A stretch of 64,000 bases of DNA from the human T2T-CHM13v2.0 reference genome, Homo sapiens. The DNA is taken from assembly GCF_009914755.1 (NCBI RefSeq), contig NC_060932.1, one strand, 5' to 3'. Positions 12,421-25,662 of this stretch are shown here, piece by piece. Position 1 is the stretch's first letter; every line of letters begins with the position of its first letter. The translations under genes were made by a program, and so were the position numbers. Below the pieces are notes generated by a model that made no database searches, had not been told where the DNA came from, and saw only the letters and a list, made by a program, of their open reading frames with translations.

Positions 12421-15400
12421 GCAAGCTGGGTTTGAGAGGTCCCTACCTCCTTCTTCCTTCCCCGAGCCCCACCCGCCCCCTTCTTTCCACTGGGCAACTA
12501 TGTAAACAGCATTATTTCTACCCTTGCACGGACAGAAAGGGGTCTGTGCTGCTGCCTCTGTTGGTGCCTCTTCAGGTCAGGGTGATAAGAAGAGAAGGAA
12601 CAAAGAGGGGAAAAAGATCACAGCAGAGAGACAGAGTGCTCATTTTAAGGTGGAAATATGCCATTTCCTGACCACAGCGGGACTTCCCTAGGTTGTATTA
12701 AAAAATCCTGTACTGCCCATGTCTGGTACAGAAGTATGTATAGAATTGTAGAGAAAATGAACACTTTGGGATGATTTGAAAGCAAATTACAGAACTACCA
12801 GTTTCACCACTTTAAAACTTTTGGGGAATGGCCATTTAGATATAACCTGGTGCAGTCAGGTAACCCCAAACAGAGTTTTTAAAAGTTTCCACACCCTTCT
12901 TTGCTGGTGCCTGCCCTGCATCATGCTGTCGCTGTGAGGAGGGACTTGTTCCAGATCTCTGGGGCAGCCCGAGTGACTCACCTAAAGTCACACAGCTTCC
13001 ACGGAACATTACTGGAAGCTCAGTGAGGGCCTTCTGCCTCTGAAACTTGCTCTATTTCCCTCAAGTCCTGCTTCCTTTTGTAGGTTTAAGACATTAGTTC
13101 CTGAGAAATTGACTAATCAAGAATATTCTGGAAATCTTAGTTTAGCAAAACAAAAAACAAAAAAAAAAAAAACAAAAAAACAGATGGGTAAAGCCGTGTT
13201 ACAAGGCATTCACTGTCCTGGCTTGGGAGAAGAATGATCTCCCAAAAGCTCAGAAAACATGGTTGTCTAAAAGTGTCCAGGCTGGCCTCTGGGTGATCCT
13301 TGTGCACGGCCAGGGTCTGTGGAGGGTCTGTGGTGCCTCTCTGGCACTGAAGCTAATGTGGGAGCTGGCTCTAATTGCACATTGGCCTAAAGCAACCAGC
13401 AAGACCTGCACCGTCTCCTAGGTTACTTGTTTGAGGGTAACCGGATGAGCAGCCATAGGAGCTTGAGCTGAGTAGCAGCTCATTCCATAAAAACTCTGAC
13501 CCTGTGCATGAGGCAGATGGGGACTACTTAACACGGCATCACTGCACCGCCTTCCCCTCCCTTACTCAAGTAGGTAGAAGAGAAAAGAGGAAACAACGTT
13601 AGGACCAATGATCGGGGGAACGTTTCAGGGCTGGGGGTTGAAAAAGCAGCCCACCAGCGCTTGATGTGGTTGCCTGGATCACAAACGGGGTATGACCAGG
13701 GGAATTCTCTTCACCAGGGGGTGGAGGGGTGGGGAGACCCCTCTCTCTATGTCTGTTCTAGAGGTGACCTCCCACCCACATAATGGAACAAAATCAACTT
13801 ATTTCATGACAATTTGCATTGAAAAGTTGAAGGCAAATGAGCAAGCCTTGGAGACTGATGTTTTCATGAGGTTCGCTCAAGCATGCTGCCCCCTCTGCCC
13901 CAGGCTGAGAGGTGACGACCCAAGATGGGTTCGGTGGGTGGGTGCCTCCCCAGCCTGCCTGGGCTCAGGGCCCTGCGGTGTCAGTTTTCTAGCAGTGGTT
14001 ATGACCAGAGGAGGAGGCTGTGGCCAAAGCCAGTTTGGAGAGGGTGAGAAAGAGCCCGGCATTCTCCTGACAGCAGCAGCAGCTCAGCCACCCTGCACGT
14101 TGCACGCTGTTCTGAGTGTCGCATGGGAGATAGAGGGCTGCTGTCCTGAGAGCACATGCTCTGTTCCACCTTGTCATCTGGTTCCACCTCCTTGGTCCTG
14201 GGGAATATTCTTTTTGTTTATCCCTCTTGCATTTGGCTTGAGAAGGAGAGTTACTTCACTAGATAAATAAGAGCACTAGGATTGTTCTGCATCTGACTTG
14301 AAAGGGGTGTGGGGTGGCTGGGTCTTGGCATGCTGGCTTGGGGGCATTGGAGGCCATCAGACCACACAAGCTGGGCCTGTCCATTTTGGAAGCAGTGAGA
14401 AGGCTCCTTTGTGAGGGAGCCACAGAAGTCATGAAATGTGCAGTACCTGGAGGCAGCGCAGGAACCTGGCTCAGTCCACTTCCCTGTCAGGCTCGGCAGA
14501 CAGGGCAGCCATCTGCGCCAGTGAACTCCGCCCAGGGCGGTGCTGCAGGGGCTGCTGGGAACCATGTGTGGTCACCCCTGCGAGGAAATGGGACACCAGG
14601 CCCCAAATGCTACCATGTAAGGTGGGAAGCAGAAGTGTTCCAAGGTGCCCCCTGGCTTCCCTAACCGTCCCTTTCCCAAGACCCCACAATATGAGAATTA
14701 TGGACTAGGAATCTGAGGAAATAAAGGTCAGGCCATTAGAAGGGGCCAGCATAGCTGAGTCCACAGCATGGTGGATTTGATGTTCAGCCTTTTCCCTTTG
14801 TTCACTGGTGTTCCCTCCCAGGCCTCTGACCAGTTGCTGAGGGACTCTTTGTAGCTTTGGGAGTCTAACCAAACCTGACATCTCTCCAAAAAGCTGACTT
14901 TGGTCATCACTGATTAACCTGCAATATTAGGCTCTTCCCCCGAGAATGCTTGTCACCTTGCAATCCCACCAACGGGACATAAGGTTTCCTTTGTTTTCAG
15001 GAAGATGTCACAGGATGGTGCCTAGCTTAGAAAAGTAACACAGATCCAGCTCTTGCGGGGCTAAGTATAAGGATGATATTATATTATGGGCTGCCAGAGT
15101 TTGGTAAACAGGAGTCTAGGTTTCAGAATTGGATGGGCCTGGATTGGAAATTTAACAGCAAATGCCCAGTGATGTGGATCCCATTCCCTTTGTGAGGCTC
15201 AGTCTCCCTATCTGGAAAATAAAGTGATTAAACCAGCTGATCTTGGAGATCCATCTCAAAATGCCAAAGATTTGACACCCTTCAGGTGCGCCGAGCACCC
15301 AATTCTTTTCGTCTTTTAATTATGAAGTATTTGAACCACAAACAAAACTAGAGAGACAGATATAATGAGCCCTTCGGTACCCATTGCCCCATTTAAGTAG

Positions 15401-15484
15401 TTACCGGCATCCACCACCGCCCAGTCTTTACCACAGGCTCTTGTAGCACAGACTCAAGCATCTCACCAGAGAAGCCAGACTTAC

Positions 15485-15545
15485 CCTCCGGGTTGGGCAG
15501 GGGCCTCTCGGCAGGCGCAGGGGTGGATTTCATGCTGTTTCCCAT
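15485..15545 (-). CDS. SLA: SLA canonical start exon, coding part MGNSMKSTPAPAERPLPNPE(G); whole exon 15485-15585
   Basis: Strong Kozak gaaATGg; Gly2 myristoylation start; donor GAGG|gtaagt in phase 1; acceptor ccacag|GCTC at 15585, 40 nt upstream of the ATG. Confidence 0.97.
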
Positions 15546-15665
15546 TTCTTTCTTTTTCCCTGGGGCCGCTGGTGATGCCCAGAGCCTGTGGTATAGGAGA
15601 CAGACGGGGAAAGTCAACCGTGCCCTGAGCCCTCCAAGTGGAGAATGACCCAGTTTAGAGAGCAT
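15546..15665 (-). CDS. SLA: In-frame 40-aa N-terminal extension (MLSKLGHSPLGG...PGKKKE) for transcripts starting proximally
   Basis: Open frame from ATG 15665 into MGNS; matches my recall of a long SLA isoform; translation cannot be shown from sequence. Confidence 0.65.
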
Positions 15666-16100
15666 CGTGCATCATTTTTCTGGCAGCTTGCTTCTTGAAA
15701 GGCGGCTGTTTATATGTGAAGATGAGATTGGTGAAGATTGGTTACTTTTGCGCAGCTCAAGTTCTTTTATCAAGGGAATGACAGAAAAACCACAGAGAGG
15801 GAAGTTGCTAGCAAATGCTGTTGGTGGCAAAAGTTTCCATTCCTCCGCACCCTTGCTGAGGATGGTAAGCAGCCACAGCAGGGTTTGTGTGAGAAACCAA
15901 GCAGCATTTCAGGTGGCCCAGAAAGTATCTCCACTCAGGGGCCCTCACCATCAACTCTGTGTGCCAGGAATTTGGAGTACAGGAGTTGTGTGTCTGTACA
16001 ACCAAAGGCATGAGGAGAAGGTACTTTCTGCTGCTACTTTTTGTCATCCTTTTGAGTTTGTCAGCATGCTTTAACAAAGGATGAAAGAGGAAAACTTCAT
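15666..16100 (-). promoter_or_regulatory. Candidate proximal SLA promoter/enhancer
   Basis: Repeat-free DNA directly 5' of the extended start exon; adjacent RUNX (AACCACA ~15788) and ETS (GGAAGT ~15799) motifs. Confidence 0.45.
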
Positions 16101-16400
16101 AACAACTCTGTGGACTGGCTGCATGCTGCTGAAGCCCTTTCACATCAACTGTTACTTTTGATCATTGTAAAGTCCTTGCATCATGCTTAAGCCCATTGTG
16201 CAGTGAGGGAAACTGAGTCTCAGAAGGGGTAAGTGACTTGTATGAGGTCACATGGCAAGTAATTGTAGAACTGAGATTTGAATCACTGATGCTAAATCTC
16301 TGGGTTGCTCCATAACGGTTTTCAAGTTAACCACCCAGGCTTAAATTCTGGCTGTGTACTTACAAGCTAGATGACTTCGGGCAAGTCATTAACCTTTTCT

Positions 16401-16693
16401 GTTTTTGTTTTTTTGAGACACAGTCTCACTCTGTCGCCTAGGTTGGAGTGCAATGGCACGATCTCGGCTCACTGCAACCCTGCCTCCCGGGTTCAAGCGA
16501 TTCTCCTGCCTCAGCCTTCCAAGTAGCTGGGATTACAGGCACACATGCCACACCCAGCTAATTTTTGTATTTTTAGTAGAGATGGGGTTTCACCATGTTG
16601 CCAGGCTGATCTTGGACTCCTGATCTCAGGTGATCTACCTGCCTTGGCCTCCCAATGTGGTGGGATTACAAGCATAAGCCTCCATGCCTGGCC
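16401..16693 (-). mobile_element. Alu (AluS-like) inserted into a MIR (~16340-16830)
   Basis: TSD AAGTCATTAACCTTTT at 16383 and 16694; MIR sequence continues on both sides. Confidence 0.93.
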
Positions 16694-18010
16694 AAGTCAT
16701 TAACCTTTTTCTGACTGTTTTGGGGAACACTAATTGAACAGTGTTGGGTTATGGTCACAAAATTAACTGAGATAAAGCATGGGAACCACTTTGAACGTGG
16801 CGTGGCATAGAATACATGTTAGTTATTACTCTGTTTACTGATTGTCCTTAATGATAAAATTTCCAAGTCTGGACCTTCATACAAATATTTTGGAAAGGGA
16901 CATAGATTATCAGAGAATAGGGTTTTAGGGAAGCCACGTTCCCTCTGGATGGTGGAAGCACAGAGAGGAAGGCCACATTCATAAATAGAGCTCTGCCTGC
17001 TTTGTGGGGTCAAAGAGAAGAGACGGAACAGGGTCCCCCCATCGGCCTCCAGCCCAAATGGAAACTAATCTCCCACCTACCTGTGTCTGCAGCTCAGGAT
17101 CAAACCTTATGAAGGGCACAAAAGTCAGCCCATCCAACTCCCACCCTGGCCTTGAGTCCTGTCTCCATGCCCTATGTGTACAGGTTCTGGAAAGAAGTAC
17201 ACTCTCAGAGCAAGGCCCTCCCCGGGTTGAGGGAGGTCTGCACTGCTCCATAATTTAAGGGAAGGGGTGGTGTGAGGTGAGACTCCTACTATATTAAGAA
17301 ACAAGGAACACCAAAATGAGAGTTGTTTAAAAGTCCGTATATCTTAGACATTTACATGAACAACTTGTCACTTACTGCTCAAGCTAATGCATAGTAATAT
17401 TCCGAAGACAATGACCAGGCTCGCAAAAGCTATAAACTCATAGTGCACCACAGAAGGGTTGGCTAGAACGGGCAGCATGTTTAAAGTGAAGCGCAAATCC
17501 CATCCTTTTTGGATCCTGTTGATCTTTGTGACTAGAAAAGAGGATGCCCTTGCAAATTTGAGGCTCGGGCCCTTCTTTCTTCATGCTTGCCCCTACCCTC
17601 CTCACAAACCAGAAAAACATGCGCACCCAAAATCCCAGGGCCTCTGACCCTGGTAGGAACTTTCTAGCAGCTGGGCAGGTTCTAACAGCAACACCTGCAG
17701 TCCAGGAGGGCAGGGATACATTGGCCTTGTCTCCATTCCTGAGCCTGGCGAAGGTACCCAAGAAATGTGCTTCCCCAAAATGCTTACAGAAACACAGCAG
17801 GTGGCGTGACTCCAACCCACATTCCCCGCAGTTCAGCAGACACTTCCTGGGCATCTCCCCGGTGCCGGGCCCTGGGCTAGAGCCTTGAGGAAGTCAGGAT
17901 CCCACCCACGTAGTGGGAGTGTGCTGCCTCCGAGGCCCGGGTCAGGCAAGAGGGAAGAGGCAAACCAGGCCTCCCTGGCCCTGAGGGGATTGTAGCCACA
18001 GGCGCTGTCC

Positions 18011-18336
18011 TGCACAGGCCTCGGGAAGCATGCGTGTGACATGCAGAGGCCGCTCTGCACAGGCCTCAGGAAGCATGCCTGTGACACGCACAGGGTGTCG
18101 TACACAGGCCTCAGGAAGCATGCGTGTGACATGCACAGGCTGTTCTGCACAGGCCTTGGGAAGCATGCGTATGACATGCAGAGGCTGCTTTGCACAGGCC
18201 TCAGGAAGCACACATGTGACACGCACAGGGTGTCTTACACAGGTCTCAGGAAGCATGTGTGTGACATGCACAGGCTGCTCTGCTACGCACAGGCCTTGGG
18301 AAACACACATGTGACATGCACAGGCTGTCCTGCACA
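18011..18336. repeat. Minisatellite, 45-bp unit x ~7
   Basis: Units start at 18011, 18056, 18101, 18146, 18191, 18236 and 18286; consensus TGCACAGGCCTCAGGAAGCATGCGTGTGACATGCACAGGCTGCTC. Confidence 0.95.
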
Positions 18337-20864
18337 TGCCTGCCTCTGTCCTGCTCCTTGGGCTTCCTGGTACCTGCCAGCTGCCTTGGTTCCTCAGCCT
18401 CCTTGTCTATCATCACCGAGGCCTTTGGGCTTCTGGGGAAAGTTCTCAACATGCAGAACTAACTCTGAAACCACATGTGTGCTGGCCTTGCCCATTTGCC
18501 ACCATCTCCAGTGTCCCCAGACACAGCAAACTGTCCCAACAATGCCTTCCTGTCCTTTCAGCCTGACTCATCAACTGTCATTCAACACCTAGTGATTGTG
18601 CCCAGAACCCCGCCCCCATAAGTTCCACCCCTCCAGATGCCAGGGTGCCCCCAGCCCTGCCAGCCTTCCCTCCCCTCCATCCCCTCCCGCAAGCTGCTTC
18701 TAAGCAGCAGGCTCCCACCACAATGTCTGATCTCTCCCCTCCTTTATGTCAACCATTCCAGAAAACAAGTCAGAACAAGATTTTGCTATCCATCAAAGAG
18801 AATTCCAACATCCTCTCTCTTCCCAACAGCTCTATCATTCTTCTCAAGCATTTGCATGCTATTTTGGAGGGATTCCTGGAATCCACTACAGAAAAAAAAA
18901 AAAGCCTTTAAACTTGCATTGTTGAGATTGGAGAAATGAGGTTCATCCAGGAAAAGAAACGTACCCAGGGTCACGAGATGAGAAAGTTTGAGTCAGTCCT
19001 AGAGGCCTGGGTTCTTCTACGCTAACAGTCTTCTCTGCTGTTGCTTGCACTCCCACCCGTTCTGTCTTGCCAGTCAGAGTTCAGTCTCCGTGACAGAAGG
19101 TGCTGTGTCCGGGCTATATGACCACCAAAAAAACCATCAGGTCTCAACAGCCCTTTAGTGGTCTGCTCAGTGGCTTTCTATAGTCTTCAAGAAGGAGTTA
19201 ACTTATCTGAAAGAGGCTTTTATTTGAGAAGAGTGAAAATGCCCCCAGAGAATGAGAGCTGGAGTCTCTCTAATGAAATGGCTGAACAATTTGATTTAAT
19301 CTGTGACAATTTTATGCAGTGGCTGAAGGTGGGAGAGAGGGTACCGGAGACATAATTGCTTCTAAGAACAATAGAAAAGGGCAAAAGAGAAATGAGTTAA
19401 TTAACACTGGCTCTGCAAATTCTTGATTTCTTTCTCCCTTTCCTTGGTGGTGTGACTCTTAGGTTTCTGGGTCATAGAATCGTAACTGCTATTACCTTAT
19501 TTTCCCTCCGGTCTTTGGACCAATGTTATTTCCTTTGTGTGAACTTGGACCTTGGTTTCCTGTTCTGAAAAATGAGATGAGTAGAAAAGATGATCTCCAA
19601 AGAGCGAGCCTGATAACCCCATTTAATTTTAGCAATCAAGACTCAATGGTTTTTAAAAATTATTAATAAAACAACCATTGGCGTTTTTCAAATGAAGTCC
19701 TATTAGACAGAATCCCAATCTTGCCTTTGTGTGCTACAGGATCAAGGGAAGACAGTTAATGTGTACAACCACCTTCTGTGAGGCAATCTGCAGATATTGT
19801 TGTATTTAATCTTACAAGCATTCCCAAGGGCAGATACTCTTTCACTTTGTTAGTGTGAGATCAGGGGTTAGTCACCTGCCCACTGTCCTGGAGCTGGAAA
19901 CCTTACATCTCCGGACTTCAGGACCTACACTTTTTGTTCAGGACCATGCTGCTGTCTCTCCAGCGTAAGGAACTCTGGTCAGTGTGCAGCTGGCTGCCAT
20001 TTGAGCAGAAACATGGCATGGAGAGGTCACATACTGGCATGGCGTTGCCGTCGACAACGTGGGATATGCCGGCCAGCAGCCCTCCTCTTAATAGGTTTCT
20101 GTTTCGCAGATCTGGGTCCTTTCATTGTGTGCTCTGCATTATCTCATAAATCCAGGTGGGGAGGCTTCTCAGAACCTTCCATTCCTGGGACAGTGTCCCA
20201 GGACAGTTGTATGCACCTGGTCCATCTTGTGCTTCTGATGCCTGGCCTTGCTGCTGGGAAGGAGGGTAGCCCGAACCCCTTTATCGTGCACCGAAGGGGA
20301 GAGAAATTGGGGAAGTCCAACCAAGGGAAGGCAGGTCATAAAGCCAGGAACTGAACCCTTGGTGACAGTTAGAATTAATTTGAAAACATACTTAGGGATG
20401 CTACCTTCCCTTTGTTCTTAGAAATTTCTGCTGCAAAGTGTGACAGCTATAAGCCCATTCATATGACCTTCTTCTAAGGCATGGAAGTGTGGTGCGGCAA
20501 GTGGAGAAGCCTCAATGTCCACCATATATGTGAATGCCAACAACAACGGTGATGACCAGAACACCCCCATCCCACAATTGGTCAGCAAGCATCCTCTGCC
20601 AGGCACAAAGCTAAGTACTGTCCAGCCAGTATGTCCTGGGTTGCTCAGAACAACCCCACTTTATAGCTGAGATAAATTAAGTGACTTGTCCAAGGTTATA
20701 CTGCTAGGAAGAGCTAAAGCTGGGATTCCAGCCAGGTCTGCCTGGCTCTAAAACCTGTGCTCTAACTTGCCACCAGTGCTGCCCTGTTTTGCTGTCCTCT
20801 GACAGAAAAGAAGAGATTTTCAAACCCAAGAAGGCAACAGAAAAGTGATTTTTAAAAGTTATCA

Positions 20865-21195
20865 GGCCGGGCGCGGTGGCTCACACCTGTGATCCTAGCA
20901 CTTTGGGAAGCTGAGGCAGGTGGATCACATCAGGTCAGGAGTTCAAGACCAGCCTGGCCAACATGGAGGAACCCCGTCTCTACTAAAAATACAAAAATTA
21001 GCCGGACATGTTGGCACATGCCTGTAATCCCAACTACTCAGGAGGCTGAGGCAGGAGAATCACTTGAACCCAGTGGGCGGAGGTGGCAGTGAGTCGAGAT
21101 CAGGCCATTGTACTCCAGCCTGGGAAACAAGAGTGAAACTCCGTCTCAAAAATAATAAAATAAAATAAAATAAAATAAAATAAAAAAGTAAAATA
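20865..21195 (+). mobile_element. Full-length Alu (AluS-like) with (TAAAA)n tail
   Basis: Starts GGCCGGGCGCGGTGGCTCAC; TSD AAAAGTTATCA/AAAAGTCATCA. Confidence 0.95.
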
Positions 21196-21465
21196 AAAGT
21201 CATCAAAACAAACCTTAGGAAGCATAAACTTTGGGGGAAACTTTAATACAATGGAGGCCCTGAGGGATCTCTTGGATGTCACTTGGCAGTGTTTGGAAGC
21301 CCGGGTCTGGGTTTCCAGCGGGGATGAGGGGTGCAGAAGTGCTGCTGGGAGCAGAAGAAACAAGAGAGCGAGGCCAGTTGAGGCATGCTGTGGTCAAAAG
21401 GGCAGGAGTGAATCGCAAGGAATGTTTTCTAGCCTTTCACAGCATTATTTTTAAAAGCTGTTACT

Positions 21466-21806
<341 letters not shown>

Positions 21807-22039
21807 TCATAAAAATGTGCCACTCAAATGCATACACGTGGAAAAATATTAAAGAGAAATTTCCAAAATGTTTCCAAGGACTCTCTCTGGGTAGTGATTT
21901 TATATGTGAATTTATAAATTTCTTATTTACTTACACATTTCTAAAATACCCAGATTTTCTCCCAAGTGCCTGAATTGCTTTTATAATCAAAAGGTTGGAA
22001 AGAATGAGGGCGCCTTAAAGAAGAGATTTTCAAAGCAGG

Positions 22040-22230
22040 CAGGCCTGAGTGCAGATTCCAGCTCCCAACCTACTGGCTGTGTATCGCTGGGCAAGTTAGT
22101 TCACTTCTCTGAGCCTTGATTTTCAAATCCACTAATTTGGGATACAAGTATATGCCCTATGGGGTTGTTTTGAGGTTGAAATTATGGGTCATATCTAAAG
22201 CAGAGATATGTTTGGTAAATGGCAGCTAAA
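22040..22230 (+). mobile_element. MIR
   Basis: tactggctgtgtatcgctgggcaagttagttcacttctctgagcct matches the MIR core. Confidence 0.7.
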
Positions 22231-22898
22231 AATTTACCAAAGCTAGATCCCGTGCAGGGGCTGGGGGGTTGGCTAACTCACTGTGCAAGCTTGAGCAAGT
22301 ACCTTCCTCTGTCTGGGCCAAAGAGTCCTCAAATCTGATGGGGAAAGGGTTGGGCTGAAGAGTTGGTCATGGCTCTTTTGCCTCAACCATTTTCCCGCCG
22401 TGACTGTACCCAGTACCGGCACAATTGACTAGGGACTTGCTCAGTGCTGCCTGTGGTCCGACCCTTCCTTTCAGGAAAAATAAGAGCTGGCACAGGGGCT
22501 TAGCATCCGGTGGTCTCCCTGGCAGGATTTCCGGGGTCACCCACCACATCCTGACCTCACTTCACAGGTGCACCTCTCCGAGTGCGAGGCTGGGGGCTGC
22601 CGAGGCCACTTACCCCGTGACCCACATAGTCCCCTGCTCTCCTCTAGGGCAGGTGCAGCCGCAGGCCTGTTCTACCTGCTCCCACCCCACCCCCATCTGC
22701 TTCTCCTTTCTCTACACTGCAGAGGAGGGCTGCGGCATACCAGGGGCTCTAGGGGCACTGGCAAGACCTACAAGGGCAGGCAGCCAGCTCAGAGAGGACA
22801 TGCAACTCCTAGCCTTCTTCTCAGGCCTGACTCCAAGCCAGAGGCCCTCAGAAACCCCTGGGGAAGAACGTGGGATCCTCTTACCTAAGATATTTCAA

Positions 22899-23164
<266 letters not shown>

Positions 23165-23165
<1 letters not shown>

Positions 23166-23340
23166 AAAGAAAGAAAGAAAAAGAAAGAAAGAAAGAAAGG
23201 AAGGAAGGAAGGGGGAGAGAGAGAGAGACAGAGAGAGAGAGAAAGAAAGAAAGGAAGGAAGGAAGGAAGGAAGGAAGGAAGGAAGAAGAGAGAGAGAGAA
23301 AGAAAGAAAGAGAGAAAGAAAGAAGGAAAAGAAAGAAGGA
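23165..23340 (+). repeat. Compound purine STR (GAAA/GGAA/GA)n grown from the Alu tail
   Basis: ~175 nt of near-pure purine sequence. Confidence 0.95.
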
Positions 23341-25085
23341 TTCCCTAGAAGCTCAATACATAGAATAGATGAAAGGGAGTAGCTGCCTGGGGCTGGGGGC
23401 TCAGCTCAGCATCTCATCCCTCTACTACTCTTGACAGTATACCTCAATCCTGGGGCATCATAAAGCATCACTTGAAAAGTAGCAACTCAACACTCTCACA
23501 GGACAAGGGAAAGGCTCAGAGAGGGCAAGCAATCTGCTCAAGGTCACACATTAAGTTTGGATGAATGCATGACTCCCTGCCCAGCACTCCATGCCCTGCA
23601 GGAGGGGCAATGCCCATCTATCTGTCAACCAGGCTGCAGACCTGACCCACATGTCCAGGAGCCTGTATGCTGGCCCCCTCTACCCTTGAGTGCCCAGGAG
23701 GGGATCTCATACACTCTCAGGCTAACAGAGAGGCTGGGCTTTATGCTAAGACCAGAAGAGGATGGAGGTGTCCTAGTGTACATTTTAAGGTCATTTTAAG
23801 ATATCATGGAAAGAAGCCAGATTTGAGGCCTGTCAATGCTGGGGCAAGTTTTAATTCCATTCTTTATTAAGTCACTAGACCACTCTTTCTGCTGTTTTTG
23901 TTTTTGTCTTTAATGAACATAGTCATATGTGCCTTCCTGGGTGTTCTCATGGAAGGATTGGCAAGAGGAGGTGTTGAGGGCTGTGCACACCCTGCAGTCT
24001 CCGTGGCTCACCACCACACTGACGCAAGGGGCTCAGTGACCCAGACGTGTCAGTACAGTGAGTGGGCGTCTTATGAAGAGCTGTCTGGCATACGGAGGCG
24101 GGCAGCAGAAGCCATTCCTGACGTGGCTTTGATAGTTCATGGAAATAAAAAGAGCCCATTTCTTTCTTTCTAGATAGACTTTCTGTACACAGAGGCCCCC
24201 AACACAGGGATGGTGAGGTGGGGCACCACCCAGTCAGCCTGTGGCTCTGTTGGACCAGAACAAATTTGCTGACAAAACCAGGCTATAAATGGGGTTTGGC
24301 CTAGGCCAGGTCCTGGATACCTCTAGATCATATAAGCAGGCTGGCCTAGCAAACATTGGCAATGAAGAAAGAGTGGTAAAGACAATTATTTTAATCCTAG
24401 CCATTACATAGAATGGGGAAACAGTGACTAGGAAACAGGCCTTTTCTTTTCATTTCAAGTGTGGATACTTGAGAAAGGCAGGTTTCATCACAGAAGGTGG
24501 AGGTAGATGGAAACTTTCATGAACATCCTAAAGGTCACCCAGGCTTCTAGGCACAGGGACTATAAAGTCCGTGATTTCTTTATTGCATCGTATTTCCCAG
24601 CAAGAGTTACTTTTCCTTTTTATTCGTACATGTGAATCACAGCATTACTCATAAACTTATCAAGCAAGATGGGAATCAGCATTTCACCTGACACAGCATT
24701 TGCCAGTGACCTGATCTGGGATCTCCCCTCACTGTCAGTCACTTGTCCAGGGACATGGACCCCAGAACCCCACACTCTACAGCTCCCAGGCATTTGGTCT
24801 AATGGGGCTTGGTCTCTCTAAAGAGATCTCCATGATGTTTTTAATTTGCTATTAATGTGCTCCTCCTTAGCTCCTGTTCCCTCCTTAGCTCCTCAGGAAA
24901 GCCAATTGCCTTAGGGTGGGTCACAATTCGACGGTCATTTGTGTGACTGAGTGGTGAGTGACCGTCTCCCCTACTGGACTATAAGTGCCTTGAGAGCAGC
25001 CAGCAGGTTTGTTTCTACTCTCGGCTGGGGCTCAGTAGATGCTCCATAGGGAAATAAAAGGGAACAGTTAGAAACAGAAGAAAAA

Positions 25086-25448
<363 letters not shown>

Positions 25449-25464
25449 CTAGGAGACCGCGGAT

Positions 25465-25662
25465 TTGTGGTGTGCTAGTAAATGTCAAACAATCAATGTT
25501 TCAGGGGGAAAAATTCCTAATAGTGTGTGCCAATTTCTGTGGTGTAAATACTCCCACCATGCTGACTTCCAGTTTCCAGTGTGACATCTCTGAGGACGGA
25601 GTAGGAAAAAGATGTGTGGAGTGCTCTCATAAGCCAGCACAGGCCGCATCCAGACACCACTG
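25465..25662 (-). mobile_element. MER63-like hAT (Blackjack) element
   Basis: gtggtgtgctagtaaatgt...gtggtgtaaatactcccaccatg...cagacaccactgg, with terminal inverted ends resembling recalled MER63A. Confidence 0.7.

Larger units (their letters stand above)
10380..13180 (+). ncRNA. PTCSC1: Probable location of the single-exon lncRNA PTCSC1 (AK023948); boundaries approximate
   Basis: Placed only from recalled position relative to MIR7848 and SLA exons and a recalled ~2.8-kb length; no intrinsic sequence signature; ends at a genomic A-rich tract. Confidence 0.4.

Noticed and set aside
13692-14270. 192-aa plus-strand ORF
   Set aside because: No recognisable domain, low-information composition and no exon boundaries that fit TG; expected by chance in GC-richer intron
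17833-18592. Stacked Cys/His-rich repetitive ORFs resembling zinc-finger or metallothionein proteins; superficially CRISPR-like periodicity
   Set aside because: Produced by the stop-poor 45-bp minisatellite; units are contiguous with no unique spacers, there is no C2H2 spacing, and the DNA is human
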